Shown: positions 12,801 through 20,342, counted from the stretch's first letter. The stretch: DNA of 64,000 bases from Gammaproteobacteria bacterium (GCA_016209015.1 JACQWY010000011.1:40922-104921), one strand, 5' to 3'. Notes: a model not told the origin generated them from the letters alone. Program-made: numbers and translations.

Positions 12801-15800
12801 GTCGAACGTGCCGCTGATCGCCGCATTCGTGCCCGAGAAACCGTGGGCCGCGCCGACGCCGTTCAGTACCACGTTGCGCGCGGTGGTGTAGCCGGAGAAG
12901 CTCAGCGTGTCGAGCCCCGCGGTGCCGCCCTCGAGCGCGCCCGTGAGCACGACGGCGTCGCCGAAAACGAAGCTGTCCGCGCCCGTGCCGCCGTGGAGAC
13001 CGACGGTGTGGTTCGTGTTGATGTTGAACGTGTCGCCGCCGTCGCCGGCGATGAGGTTCTGGAAGTTCGTGAGCGTCAGCGAGTTCGCGCCGTCCGTGTA
13101 GACGTCGGACGCGCCGAGGTTCCAGGTCGCCGTGGCCGCGGCGCCTTTGAACTGGTTGCCGCCGCCGAGGTGGCCGACCAGCGCGGTGATGTTCGTGAAG
13201 CCGTCCGCGGCGCCCGCTTTCAGCACGCTGACGTGGCCGCGGAAGCCGTGCGCGCCGCCCGTACCGTCGAGCGCGATGTCGGTCGCGGCGGTCGCACCGT
13301 TGAAATCGAGCGTATCCGTGCCGGCGGAGCCGCCGTCGATCGTGCCGCTGAGCGCGGACGTACTGACGAAGGCGAACGTGTCGCTGCCGGCACCGCCGGC
13401 GAGGCTGCCCGTGAAATCCGCGTCGATGTCGAACGTGTCGCCGCCGCTGCCGGCGCGCAGCGTCTCGAAGGCGCTGAACCCCAGCACGTTCGTGCTGGTG
13501 TAGCTGAGCCCGCTGAGCGACCAGGTGCCGGCCGAGTTGATGCCCGTGAGCGTATCCGAGCCGGTACCGCCCGTGATCGTGTCGATGTTGTCGAAGCCGT
13601 TCGCGGCACCGCCGTTGAGCGCCGCTTCGTGACCCTTGAAGCCGCGATTGGTACCGACTGCATCGAGCGTGACGCTGCGCGCGGTGGTATAAGCGGCGAA
13701 GCTCAACGAGTTCGCGGAGGCGCCGCCACCACCGGCGATCGTGCCGGACAGCGTGGCGCCGTCGCTGAACACGAAGCTGTCCGCGGCCGTGCCGCCGCGC
13801 AGACTGAAGGCACCGCTCAGCGTCGCCGTGGCGCCGACAGAGATCGTAACGGCATCGGCGCCGGTGATCCCCCAGGTCGTCGCATTGTTCGGACCGACCA
13901 CCGTGCCGCCACCGGTGATCGTATCCGCGACGGTCACGCCGCTCGCGAGATTGAACGTCGTACCCGCCGCACCGGTGAGCGTGCTGCCTGCGGCGAGGCT
14001 GACGTTGATGCGCACGAGATCCGTGCCACCGCCGGTCGAGACCGTCGCTCCGGGATCGACGTTCAGATTGAACGTGTCGTTGCCGCCGCCGCCCGCGAGG
14101 TGCTGCACCGAGGTGTAATTCGCGGCGAACGGACCGGAGATGGCACCGGCGCCCGCGCCGCTCGTCGTGAACGTCGCGCCGCCCGACGGGCCGTTGATCG
14201 TGTCCGAACCGGCGCCGCCCGTGATCGAGACGTCGGTCGAGGTGTTGATCGTTACGGCGTTGAACGACAGCGCACCGGCGACGGTCTGGCCGAATTTGAG
14301 CTCGAGGTACGGGGACCCCGGCGCGAAGCTGCCGTCCTGAGCCGCGATGTTCCCCGCGAGCGAGAGGTTTTGTCCGGCCGAGAGCGTGAGCTTCGTCGGC
14401 GCGTTCCAGGTGATGTCGATCGCGCCCGACGAGCTGTCGAAAGTGATGTCCGACGGCCCGGCCGCGCCATCGACCTCGGTGTCGATGACGAGAGCGCCGG
14501 TATTCGTGAGGAAATCCGTGATGTCGGCATCGACCAGAACGTCCGTTCCCACGCTCGCGCCCAGCGCGCCATGCTTGATCGTCACCGTGCCCGGGTCGAA
14601 CAACAACGTGCCCCACCGGCCGTTCGGTGCGCGCAGATCCGCATGGCCGCCGATCTGCAGATGATGTCCCGAGACTTCCGCGAAGCCGCCGTTCCCTGCT
14701 TCTGCCGCGCCGCGCGCTTCGATCGATCCGAGGAACGTCGTCAGCCCGTTCGACCAGACGATGATCTTGCCGCCGTCGCCGGTGCCGGTCGCGCTCGCGG
14801 TGATGCTCGCGTCCCTGCCGAGTGTGGTCGTCCCGGCATTGCGCACGCCGGGGTTCGCGCCGGCACGATCGCCGCCGACGAGCGCGGCGCCGCCGCCGGC
14901 GGGGCCGGAGACGTCGATGCGTGCCTGATCGGCGAGCTCGACCGTCGTGCCGAGCACTTTCACTTCACCACCCGTGCCGCCGGAGCCCCCGGCCGCCCTG
15001 ACGACGCCGCCGCCGGCGAGCGTCGTCCTGCCGTCGGCATTCAGCTCGATGGCACCGCCATTGCCGCTGCCGGCCGCCGCAGCGTCGAGCGTGCCGGTGT
15101 TGAGGACGGATGCCTCCGGGCCGGTGGCGACGAGACGGATCACGCCGCCGCTGTTGTCGACGCGCGCGGCGCGGATGACGCCGGCGTTGTTCACGGCGCG
15201 CGAGAAGACGTCGGCCGCGGCCTTCGCCTCGATCATCACCGCGCCGCCGTCGGCGCTCACGCTGCCGGAGTTCGAAATCGCGCTGTCGAGCGCCTGGGCG
15301 TTGTCGAGCACGCCTTCGTCGACCGTGAAGCGCACGAGGCCGTCGCCGTCGAAGTCGAGCGTGACCTTGTTGCCCGCGGCGAGATTGACGCGCCCCGCGG
15401 TCGCGACGATCACGCCCTCGTTGCGCACGGCCTTGCCGGCGAGCGTCACGTCGCCGCCGGTCGCCGCCGCGATGAGGCCCTGGTTCACGACCACGCCGTC
15501 GGCGCCGTCGAGGCCTTCGAGATGGAGCCTGCCGGCCATGAAATCATCGACCTTCGCCTGCAGGCCGGCGGCGACGAGGCTGCCGACGTTGACCTGCGCG
15601 CCCGTTCCGAAGACGACGCCGTTCGGGTTCATGAGCAGCACGCGGCCGTTCGCGTTGAGTCGGCCGAAGATCTGGCTCGGGTTCTGATCGAAGATGCGAT
15701 TCAGCGCCTGGGCGTTGCGACCCGGCTGCCGGAACTCGACGAGCTCGTTCGATTTGACGTTGAACGACTGCCAGTCGATGGCGAGATTCGCGGACTGCTG

Positions 15801-16025
15801 GGTGATGCGTGTCGTGAGCGCGTCAGGTGCGCTGATCTGACCCTGGCCGGCCACGACCTGGCCGCCCTGCGGTGCGGCGAACACCTCGCTCGCCGCCACA
15901 CCGAGCAGGAGCGCGAGACGGATCTGGCGCGCGAGCGGCTTCAAGCTGCGACCGTGGGCCGGCGAATGGGCTGTCGCTGCCGTGCCGTCGTAGCGGCCGG
16001 CTGCTTTCTCAACGGGCGTCTTCAT
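3855..16025 (-). CDS. Giant filamentous-haemagglutinin-like TpsA exoprotein (4056 aa)
   Basis: Long signal peptide ending VFA-APQGGQVVAG; TPS domain (IDWQSFNV, NRI, GRLNANGRVLLMNPNGVVFG); ~3000 aa of Gly/Thr/Asn/Ala beta-repeats with GGxGxDxF/L nonapeptides; charged C-terminal region; directly downstream of tpsB. Confidence 0.93.
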   Translation of the reverse strand: MKTPVEKAAGRYDGTAATAHSPAHGRSLKPLARQIRLALLLGVAASEVFAAPQGGQVVAGQGQISAPDALTTRITQQSANLAIDWQSFNVKSNELVEFRQPGRNAQALNRIFDQNPSQIFGRLNANGRVLLMNPNGVVFGTGAQVNVGSLVAAGLQAKVDDFMAGRLHLEGLDGADGVVVNQGLIAAATGGDVTLAGKAVRNEGVIVATAGRVNLAAGNKVTLDFDGDGLVRFTVDEGVLDNAQALDSAISNSGSVSADGGAVMIEAKAAADVFSRAVNNAGVIRAARVDNSGGVIRLVATGPEASVLNTGTLDAAAAGSGNGGAIELNADGRTTLAGGGVVRAAGGSGGTGGEVKVLGTTVELADQARIDVSGPAGGGAALVGGDRAGANPGVRNAGTTTLGRDASITASATGTGDGGKIIVWSNGLTTFLGSIEARGAAEAGNGGFAEVSGHHLQIGGHADLRAPNGRWGTLLFDPGTVTIKHGALGASVGTDVLVDADITDFLTNTGALVIDTEVDGAAGPSDITFDSSSGAIDITWNAPTKLTLSAGQNLSLAGNIAAQDGSFAPGSPYLELKFGQTVAGALSFNAVTINTSTDVSITGGAGSDTINGPSGGATFTTSGAGAGAISGPFAANYTSVQHLAGGGGNDTFNLNVDPGATVSTGGGTDLVRINVSLAAGSTLTGAAGTTFNLASGVTVADTITGGGTVVGPNNATTWGITGADAVTISVGATATLSGAFSLRGGTAADSFVFSDGATLSGTIAGGGGASANSLSFAAYTTARSVTLDAVGTNRGFKGHEAALNGGAANGFDNIDTITGGTGSDTLTGINSAGTWSLSGLSYTSTNVLGFSAFETLRAGSGGDTFDIDADFTGSLAGGAGSDTFAFVSTSALSGTIDGGSAGTDTLDFNGATAATDIALDGTGGAHGFRGHVSVLKAGAADGFTNITALVGHLGGGNQFKGAAATATWNLGASDVYTDGANSLTLTNFQNLIAGDGGDTFNINTNHTVGLHGGTGADSFVFGDAVVLTGALEGGTAGLDTLSFSGYTTARNVVLNGVGAAHGFSGTNAAISGTFDNITRVVGGSATDTLTGLNATSTWNLGANTYVSTNTLTFAGIENLVGGTGADTFVFADGATLAGTIDAGANSGTNTLDFSAYTTARAFVLDGLGTTRGFKGHEAAINGGGANGFDNIDALTGGTGTDSLAGLAAAAGVWNIAGTRTYVSTNTLTFSAIENLNAGGLGDTFNINVNHTGNLTGGAGSDDFVFANTRTVTGTIDGGSGGTDTLSFAAYNTARNVTLSALGTSHGFKGSEAAVTAFDDIDVLTGGSATDTLTGAAALAAVWNIGVTKTYVSTNTLTFSAFENLAAGGAGDTFNINQSVTGTLTGGAGNDSFVLASGVTAASIDGGSGGSDTLSFAAFGTARSITIAATLGTSHGFQGAEAAVTAFDDIDVLVGGSATDTLTGRNTASTWNLGASKTYVSGGRTLTYSALENLTAGTGGDTFNVSQNHSGNLTGGSGADTFNFSGAAVLTGMVDGAGASDALSFSGYATSVDVSPKGGSGKGDVSGVPDPIVGGVDDYDNIESVTGIATITAPNGQTNNWVVTGVDVFTLNGTSFAAAQVVGGDQIDNFTVNSGGRLTGGTGIDGSTGVNTLTTVAAGTFSITGANAGSLTTGGLTTTFTNIQTLIGGANADTFTFTGAFQVGSIQGNAGNDVINWAAFGSARTLVLSAMDATGATGTDTSASSSLTGTFSGIDSVTSAAGGILTAANQANTWAVNAADGGSLTSGGGTLAFTNFGTLTGGTSTDAVTFSGGGSLSGSLAGGTGTNTLSGDDTVNAWILTASNAGTLNGLSFTAFSSLTGGNTTDSFQFNGGSVTGNINGGAGGTNTLDYSLVAPATTLNVNLAAGTATSVGGSIGNINALTGNGANTTLVGPNSSAVYSVAAGGGSGTISVGPVSFTGVGSLQGGTGGGVTNTLSLAAAVADLTFTIAGTDDAGSVNTATPLAFSNMQNVTAGGGNDTFSFTGTGRITGTADGGAGTNHYDFSASPTPIAVDLGSLTNIQDVTGSAGADTLVGKNVANTFNITGNNSGNVVNAGGTVTFSSFEGLQGGTNADAFVFAAGAFTVVAIDGAGGSDTINWSNYGTTRDVSITALDANGADGLEAGSVIGGFANVETLIGKTGAPGQLTGPNAASTWSVTGANSGTLASGGGSVAFSEFKTLTGGTATDAFAFTGGGMISGSLSGGGTASGNTLTADNAANTWTMTNATDGSVATLGGTATFTGIGNLVGNAGNDTFDFPIGVTSLGTTTVDGGAGGTNAVHFAASGVTFNLALVSNLSSVDAAGTASTNTLVASNTGTTFNVSDLDLGDVNGGMTFTNFGSLTGGTGADSFVFTSAGAVHGRISGSVDGGGGAGVNVIDFSGSTLALKYTVGGAANSGSILDEALIASPPDVDLVPTFTNVQTVTGNGLGAIYGPDAGTQASTIWKITGVNSGTFGPTTGNENTFNNFLVVGGTSNDDFRFSSGGQIAGSIIGGGGTNKVTGAAAAANTWTLDSATGGSITVGGLTTNFSGIQTLLGGGVVDTFTPNASFTGNIDGGAGANTIDWSTSGAAHDVTLTALGTTVGFQGTVTGIGGGFDDITALVNPGAFPGTLTGANLVNAWTISGADTGSVTSGGRTMAYTNFANLAGGTNADTFAFTTGSQTGAVAGGSGTDTLDWSAFATGRTVVVTALDATGASGTEASIAAGFSGIESIANRTGAAGQLTGPNATNTWTINAANGGTLASGAGTLTFADFPTLVGGTDADSFVVTRNAAGTIGHVDGSSGADTLSFAGNAGVASLTVTGSGTVDGVQGTEHFLATGFDNIDVAVGSAGTDTLTNGGVATATWAVGGSESFTVGLRTLAFSAIENLTGSAADDTFDVTGNHTGNLSGGNGNDTFNIGGTGTVLTGNLVGGTGNDSFVFSADARITGSVNGGAAGNDTLDWSASTSAVSLTITNLATLDQGDLSPLVGATGPGFTGIDVYVTNNSLSTIIGPNSNATWTINGLNTFQIVVGINNATFTNVGNLQGGSANDDFVFTAGGRLTGSINGGGGTNTITGDNVATSWTLTGATSGTITGAGTGLGGSFSGIMNVTGGSAGDTFVVVGASAFAGAIDGGLGTNTIQGGDVANTWHLNGANAGDIGGNSAFTNVSQLVGGGADDTFQFSGAAGYATLDGGVGTDRLDYSALAGPITVDLKNHTASLVTTAGGTTNVEALTGSASAADTLIADDVANTWTVTAANQGTLDSFAFTGVENLTGGAAADRYVISGAGVLVSGTMDGGAGTNELVGNGIVNGWNITGANAGTMNGNAFTNVQNLTAQGANATLAFGAVAGISGTFTAPQITLATANIDTGGTALNVQGNVVTAGVQSITAGAITIAGNVTSSGALTLTSAAAPMAITGALTGSAGVVASTGGGNFTLGGALTTSGTTTISTGGGAIVLGGAVDAHSGAFSAQAPAGSFTVGGAIAAGSVDIASANSVIGAVTTTGSQTYSGSTTFNGDLHGANLVFNGNADIAGDVLAESSTNTWTFAGSVVGNGSLDINPTAGTDLLIDTTVAARHLSSTAFSGYHGHLIVGGILTPRTGPAEDARVDEINADRITVGSTFATHGDVTLLASNIDLLADLAATGGQVTMLAVGDTQGTGSASGDITGPTVGTVGITADKAVLIANNAIVNNQNIRLDLGGGPVLVAVSSSVQQPTFDPSSNATSQTFDPTALKIISSLTNPIGVQAVQVVFSNPAAALTGLQNVQFVDVGVFEQDLTLFGVLGNGIALSLDQCEDKDGCAPNVTMEELDKLIAGLKARLDVLKQRGKGERGGGRERKDLVAEYERQLASFEGYKKQLQDYQEAQEESRKDDFEDLDVGGAKGKPPAPAANQPAPEEDFEEVEKPSATQPQAAPKAAPAPAAPAAKPAEFEELDETFDDKPKAAPVQPAPAAKPAVPAPAAPKPTPAPAPKAAPKPAGKPAAAPGEFEELEEDIDDSFILSLADNADATPHGAVAIDATGRVRWQGELLLPAVHARY

Positions 16026-16067
16026 CGCGGGTCTCGCTACGCGGCAGCGCTCGCTGCGGGCGGGTCG

Positions 16068-16111
16068 ATGGTAGTGCGGGCATTGGTCCGTCGTCCATGA
16101 GTTGTTTCACA
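16068..16111 (-). promoter_or_regulatory. Candidate CRP/Vfr-type site plus -10 element upstream of giant tpsA
   Basis: CATGA-N6-TCACA at 16096-16111 (8/10 to TGTGA-N6-TCACA); minus-strand TACCAT at 16073-16068; site centre about -42.5 from the inferred +1. Confidence 0.35.
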
Positions 16112-16126
16112 CGCGGGCGGCGGAGG

Positions 16127-17944
16127 TCAGAAGTAGAAATTCAGGTCGAGCCAGTACACGGGGCGGCGGCCGTTCGTCGGTCGCGGACCACCGACCGGCG
16201 TCGCCACGCTGAGCTTCGAGGAGAAGACCTTCGGGTTGTTGAAGGAAATGGCTCCGCCGAGGCCGCGGTAAGTTTCGCTCGCGCGCTCCGTCGGCAATGG
16301 ATCGTTGATGCGGCCGGTCGCGATGTCGAAGAAGAACGAGACCTGCAGGAGCTCGCCCCAGGTGCGGTTGCTGAACGCCGGTTTGTCGGCGATTCCGGGG
16401 GCGTTGATGATCCATTCGATCGATCCGAACAGCGCCTTGTCGAACAGACGCTCCGTCGGCTGGTAGGCGCGGACATTCGTCGGGCCGCCGACCGAATACT
16501 GCTCGAGCGGCACGAGCAGATCCTCGGACCACTGCATTTCCGTGCGGAACAGCAGCGAGTGATTCTTCAGCTTGTCGCTGAGCGGCGTGAGGCTCTGCAG
16601 ACGCGAATAGCTCGCGAACATTTTGTCGAAGCTGCCCTGCGCGTACTGGCGGCTGCCGCCCTGGCGGCTCGGCTTCACACTGCCCGGGTTCTTGCCCATC
16701 GAGCCGAACAGATCGTTGAAGCCGTGCGTGTATTCGACGAGGCCCGAATTCAGGCCCGCGAAGCGCGAATCGACGGAGTCGTAATCGACGCCGAACAGCA
16801 TGCTCGAGAGATCGTCCTTCGACTGCTCGCGCTGGCGGATGTCGGTCACGGCCTGCGCGCGTTCGACTTCGAAACGGCCCGTCAGATTGCGCTGCCGGCT
16901 GCGCAGGAAGGCGTCTGCGAACGTGACGTTGAACGTCTGCGTCTGGCTCGCGATGTTGCGGTCCCGGAACGCGCCGCCGACGTCGAACTCGTTCTTGTCG
17001 TAGTGCACGCGCATCGAGGCGTCGTCGAGAAACGGCGCCCGGCTCCAGTAGAGCGGACGCTCGTAATCGAGTCCCCAGAAGAGCGAATTCGAGGGCGCGA
17101 CGGAATGCTGGAAGGAGCCGGTCAGCTTGTCGGCGGCGCCGGTGACGTCGTTCACGGCGAGTTCGGTGCGATAGCGCCGCGTGCCGGTCTCCTTGATGCC
17201 GTGATTGTCGTAGCGGACGCTGCCTTCGAAGCGCTTCTCCTTCTGGACCTTGATCACCATGTCCGCGGTGCCGACTTCCTGCCCCGGCTGGAAGACGCCG
17301 AACAGCGAGAGTCCGGGATAGGCGTTCAACTGGAGCAGCGCGGACTCGATCTGCTCCTTCGTCACGGGCTGGCCCACGAGCCCGGCGAACGGCCGCTCGA
17401 GCACTTCGGGTTTGTAGATTTTCTGGCCCTCGGTCATGACGCGGCCGAGCGCGCCTTCCAGGATTTGGATGCGGATGCGGCCGCCCTCGACGGTCTGCAC
17501 GGGCACGAAGGCCTGCGCGAGGATGAGGCCGTGCGCACGATAGAACTTCGTGATGTCGTCGGCGATTTCCTGGAGGCGGCCGACCGTCAGCCCCTCGGGA
17601 TGCGCGGCGAGCTGCTGCTGTGCGATCGCCTCGAGATCCTTGACGTACAGGCCGCGCTTCGGGCGGTCCGTGGCGCCGACGATTTCGAAGGCGGTGACTT
17701 TGATCTTCTCGCCGGCATCGACCTCGAGCGGCCGATCCGGCACGGCAGGGACGACGAACGCGGGTGCGGCGGGCGGCTGCGGCAGCGTCTGCCGTTCCTG
17801 ACCCGGGCGCTGTGCGCCGGGCTTCGCGGCATCGGGAACGGTCTGGGCTCGCGCGCCGAGGCACGCCCCGAACAACAGGACGCCTGCGATGCAAGCGCTG
17901 CGGCGCCGGACCCGGTTTGTCCCCCCGGTTTTGTTCAGGACCAC
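16127..17944 (-). CDS. TpsB (ShlB/FhaC/HecB family) outer-membrane transporter, locus 1
   Basis: Signal peptide, two POTRA-like segments (YRAHGLILAQAFVP-Q...G-I-I-ILEG), VGGPTNVRAY loop-6 motif, C-terminal LNFYF; GTG 17944 with GGGGGA RBS preferred over the ORF-track start 18025. Confidence 0.93.
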   Translation of the reverse strand: MVLNKTGGTNRVRRRSACIAGVLLFGACLGARAQTVPDAAKPGAQRPGQERQTLPQPPAAPAFVVPAVPDRPLEVDAGEKIKVTAFEIVGATDRPKRGLYVKDLEAIAQQQLAAHPEGLTVGRLQEIADDITKFYRAHGLILAQAFVPVQTVEGGRIRIQILEGALGRVMTEGQKIYKPEVLERPFAGLVGQPVTKEQIESALLQLNAYPGLSLFGVFQPGQEVGTADMVIKVQKEKRFEGSVRYDNHGIKETGTRRYRTELAVNDVTGAADKLTGSFQHSVAPSNSLFWGLDYERPLYWSRAPFLDDASMRVHYDKNEFDVGGAFRDRNIASQTQTFNVTFADAFLRSRQRNLTGRFEVERAQAVTDIRQREQSKDDLSSMLFGVDYDSVDSRFAGLNSGLVEYTHGFNDLFGSMGKNPGSVKPSRQGGSRQYAQGSFDKMFASYSRLQSLTPLSDKLKNHSLLFRTEMQWSEDLLVPLEQYSVGGPTNVRAYQPTERLFDKALFGSIEWIINAPGIADKPAFSNRTWGELLQVSFFFDIATGRINDPLPTERASETYRGLGGAISFNNPKVFSSKLSVATPVGGPRPTNGRRPVYWLDLNFYF

Positions 17945-18015
17945 TCTTCCCCCACTTACGCCGATACCGGCTCCGTACCCGGCGCGCGGACTTCGCGCCC
18001 CGGCCGCCGCTCGGC

Positions 18016-18044
18016 AGTATATCAATGCCCTCAGCGGGGCACAA
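18016..18044 (-). promoter_or_regulatory. Sigma70-like promoter for tpsB1
   Basis: Minus strand TTGTGC-N17-TATACT in an AT-rich gap. Confidence 0.5.
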
Positions 18045-18099
18045 TAAAACTTCCCTGAGGAATTAGTCGTTTAGGGCTTGGTCTTTGCGCAGATCCTGA

Positions 18100-19194
18100 T
18101 TAGTTCGCCGACGCTTCCCCCGCAGGCTTCGCGGCCGCTTTCGGATCCGGCGCCGCAGCGTCGCCGGCGGCCGGCACGACTTGGCCGAAATCCGCCTGCG
18201 CGAGCGACTTCCGCCAGCTCGCGAGCGCCGTGGCGTCGACGCTGACGGGATAGGTCTGGGCGACCTTATCCACGGCGGCCTGGCGGATCTTCAATGCCGC
18301 CTCGCGCTTGAGCTGGGCGACCACGCGGGGCCGGGCCTCCTCGAGCCCGAGGCTCGTGCCGGGCACCGTCTCGCCGCGTTTCAGCACATGGAAGCCGGCC
18401 GGGGTCCGGACCGGCCCGACGATGTCGCCCGCGTCCGCCTTCTGGACGGCTTCCCGCACCGGGGGCAGCAGCTCGTCGCGGCGCAAGAGTCCCATGTAAC
18501 CGCCGTTCAGCCGGCTCTCGTTGTGGCGGGAGTACTTGAGCGCCTGGGCTGCGATGTCCGACTTGCCCTTGCGCAGCGCCTCCGCGACCTGGGTGGCGAG
18601 CGCCTTGGCGGCAGCCTGTTCGGACTTCGTCGCGGACTCGTCGGCCGGGATGAACACCTGCCACAGATGCACGCGGTCCGGGATCCTGAAGGCCTCGGGA
18701 TTCTTGTCATAGAACTCCTGGATCTGGGCATCGCTCGGGAACTTCGGGTCGAGGTTGCGCCGGACGATGTCCGCCATGTAGGCCTCGACGAGCGCCTTCT
18801 GGCTCGCGCGCTGCATCAGCAGCCGGACCGGCTCGTTGCGCTCGACGTCGTTGGCGTAGGCGGCGGCGAGCACGGACTGGTTCTTCGCCTCCTGCTGCAC
18901 GAACTGACTGAACTTCTCGTCCGAGGCGAGCAGAAAGTCGCGGCTCGGCTTGTCGAGGAGCGCGAGCAGCTTCTGCAGCGCCTCGAGCTCTATCGATTTC
19001 ACCGGGACCGGTTTCGCGGGATCGGGGGCAACGGGCGGCGGTGCTGCCGCGGTCGTAGCGCCGGCGGCTGCCCCGGCAAGCGGATCGGCAGCGGCTTTAC
19101 GGGCGTTCGTATCGTACCAGCGCGCACCGGTCGCTCCCGCCAGGACCAACAGCGCCGCGACGAGCAGCGCGCTCAACAGCCTCAACACATTCAA
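18100..19194 (-). CDS. Membrane-anchored parvulin/PpiC-type peptidyl-prolyl isomerase (SurA/PrsA-like)
   Basis: N-terminal hydrophobic anchor; rotamase domain (VHLWQVFIP...ALKYS...GGYMG...GPVRTPAGFHVLK); TTG start. Confidence 0.87.
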   Translation of the reverse strand: MNVLRLLSALLVAALLVLAGATGARWYDTNARKAAADPLAGAAAGATTAAAPPPVAPDPAKPVPVKSIELEALQKLLALLDKPSRDFLLASDEKFSQFVQQEAKNQSVLAAAYANDVERNEPVRLLMQRASQKALVEAYMADIVRRNLDPKFPSDAQIQEFYDKNPEAFRIPDRVHLWQVFIPADESATKSEQAAAKALATQVAEALRKGKSDIAAQALKYSRHNESRLNGGYMGLLRRDELLPPVREAVQKADAGDIVGPVRTPAGFHVLKRGETVPGTSLGLEEARPRVVAQLKREAALKIRQAAVDKVAQTYPVSVDATALASWRKSLAQADFGQVVPAAGDAAAPDPKAAAKPAGEASAN

Positions 19195-19442
19195 ATCGGG
19201 TCTCCTGATCGATTGCCGCCGTGCCGACGGCGCAGCGCGTGCGGGCAGGCCGGCGCGGCCGGCGCCGCGGGCCGTCGGCCGGCGCTTCGCGGCGCGGAAG
19301 GCGCTCTTCTACTCATGGAAAATTTCGCTTAAAGTATAACCACTTCCGTAGCGAAGTTCGTATGCCATCGTATCACCTGGATGTAATACATGCCCCTGAC
19401 GAGGACCTCCAGTTGAGCAATCTTTCCGGGACCGTTTGAAAG

Positions 19443-20342
19443 ATGGCTCCCCAGACCCGCAATCTCGCCATCCTGTTCGCGGACATCAGCGGCAGCACGC
19501 GCCTGTACGAGCTGCTCGGCGACGTGGCGGCGCGCGCCAAGGTCGCGAGCTGCCTCGACCAGCTCACCGAAGTGATCAAGCGCCATCGGGGCACCGTCAT
19601 CAAGACCATCGGCGACGAGGTGATGTGCACGTTTCCCGACGCCGAGACCGCGGCCACCGCGGCGTGCGAGATGCACGAGACCATCGAGGACGACGCCACC
19701 GAGCAGACCGCCGCCGGACCCATCTCGCTCGCGATCCGTGTGGGTATGCATTACGGACCGGCGATCCTCGAGTCGGGCGACGTCTTCGGCGACGCGGTGA
19801 ACGTCGCCGCCCGCATGGCCTCCATGGCGAAAGCCGGACAGATCATCACGACCCAGACCGCCGTCGAGACGATGTCCCCCATCCTGCGCGCCAGCACCCG
19901 CTTCATCGACCGCGCGCCCGTGAAGGGCAAGAAGGAGACGATGGACATCTTCGAGGTGATCTGGCAGCAGGAAGACGTCACGCGAATGTCCACCGGCATC
20001 ATCGCGAAGCCGGAAATCGCCGCTCGCATGCGTCTGACGCATCACGGCGCCACGATCACGATGGGCAGCGAGCGCGCGCAGGTCGTGCTCGGCCGCAGCA
20101 AGACGGCCGACATGACGGTCGATGAAGTCCTCGCCTCCCGCCAGCACGTCCGCATCGAGTTCCGCCGGGGCAAGTTCTTCATCATCGATCAGAGTACGAA
20201 CGGCACGTACGTCAAACACTCGGGCAACGAGGCATTCCTGCGGCGCGAGGAGATGCCGCTGACGGGCAGCGGCATGATCAGCCTCGGCCGGCCGTTCAGC
20301 GAGAATCCGCAGGAAGTCGTACACTTCAGCGCCGAACCTTGA
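19443..20342 (+). CDS. Class III adenylate cyclase fused to a C-terminal FHA domain
   Basis: ILFADISGST, IKTIGDEVM, DVFGDAVNVAARM cyclase motifs; FHA motifs LGR, SRQH, STNGTYV. Confidence 0.92.
   Translation: MAPQTRNLAILFADISGSTRLYELLGDVAARAKVASCLDQLTEVIKRHRGTVIKTIGDEVMCTFPDAETAATAACEMHETIEDDATEQTAAGPISLAIRVGMHYGPAILESGDVFGDAVNVAARMASMAKAGQIITTQTAVETMSPILRASTRFIDRAPVKGKKETMDIFEVIWQQEDVTRMSTGIIAKPEIAARMRLTHHGATITMGSERAQVVLGRSKTADMTVDEVLASRQHVRIEFRRGKFFIIDQSTNGTYVKHSGNEAFLRREEMPLTGSGMISLGRPFSENPQEVVHFSAEP

Noticed and set aside
5574-16100. 3508-aa plus-strand ORF (and 5365..8220, 11527..14616, many shorter ones) overlapping tpsA1
   Set aside because: Arg/Ala-rich shadow translations of a high-GC, codon-biased gene; no motifs; fully overlap a well-supported CDS
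19200-19440. CRP-like or other operator in the ppi/cyclase divergent promoter (ACTTC-N6-GAAGT; ...TCACC)
   Set aside because: Poor match to TGTGA-N6-TCACA, and the short palindrome cannot be tied to a known regulator
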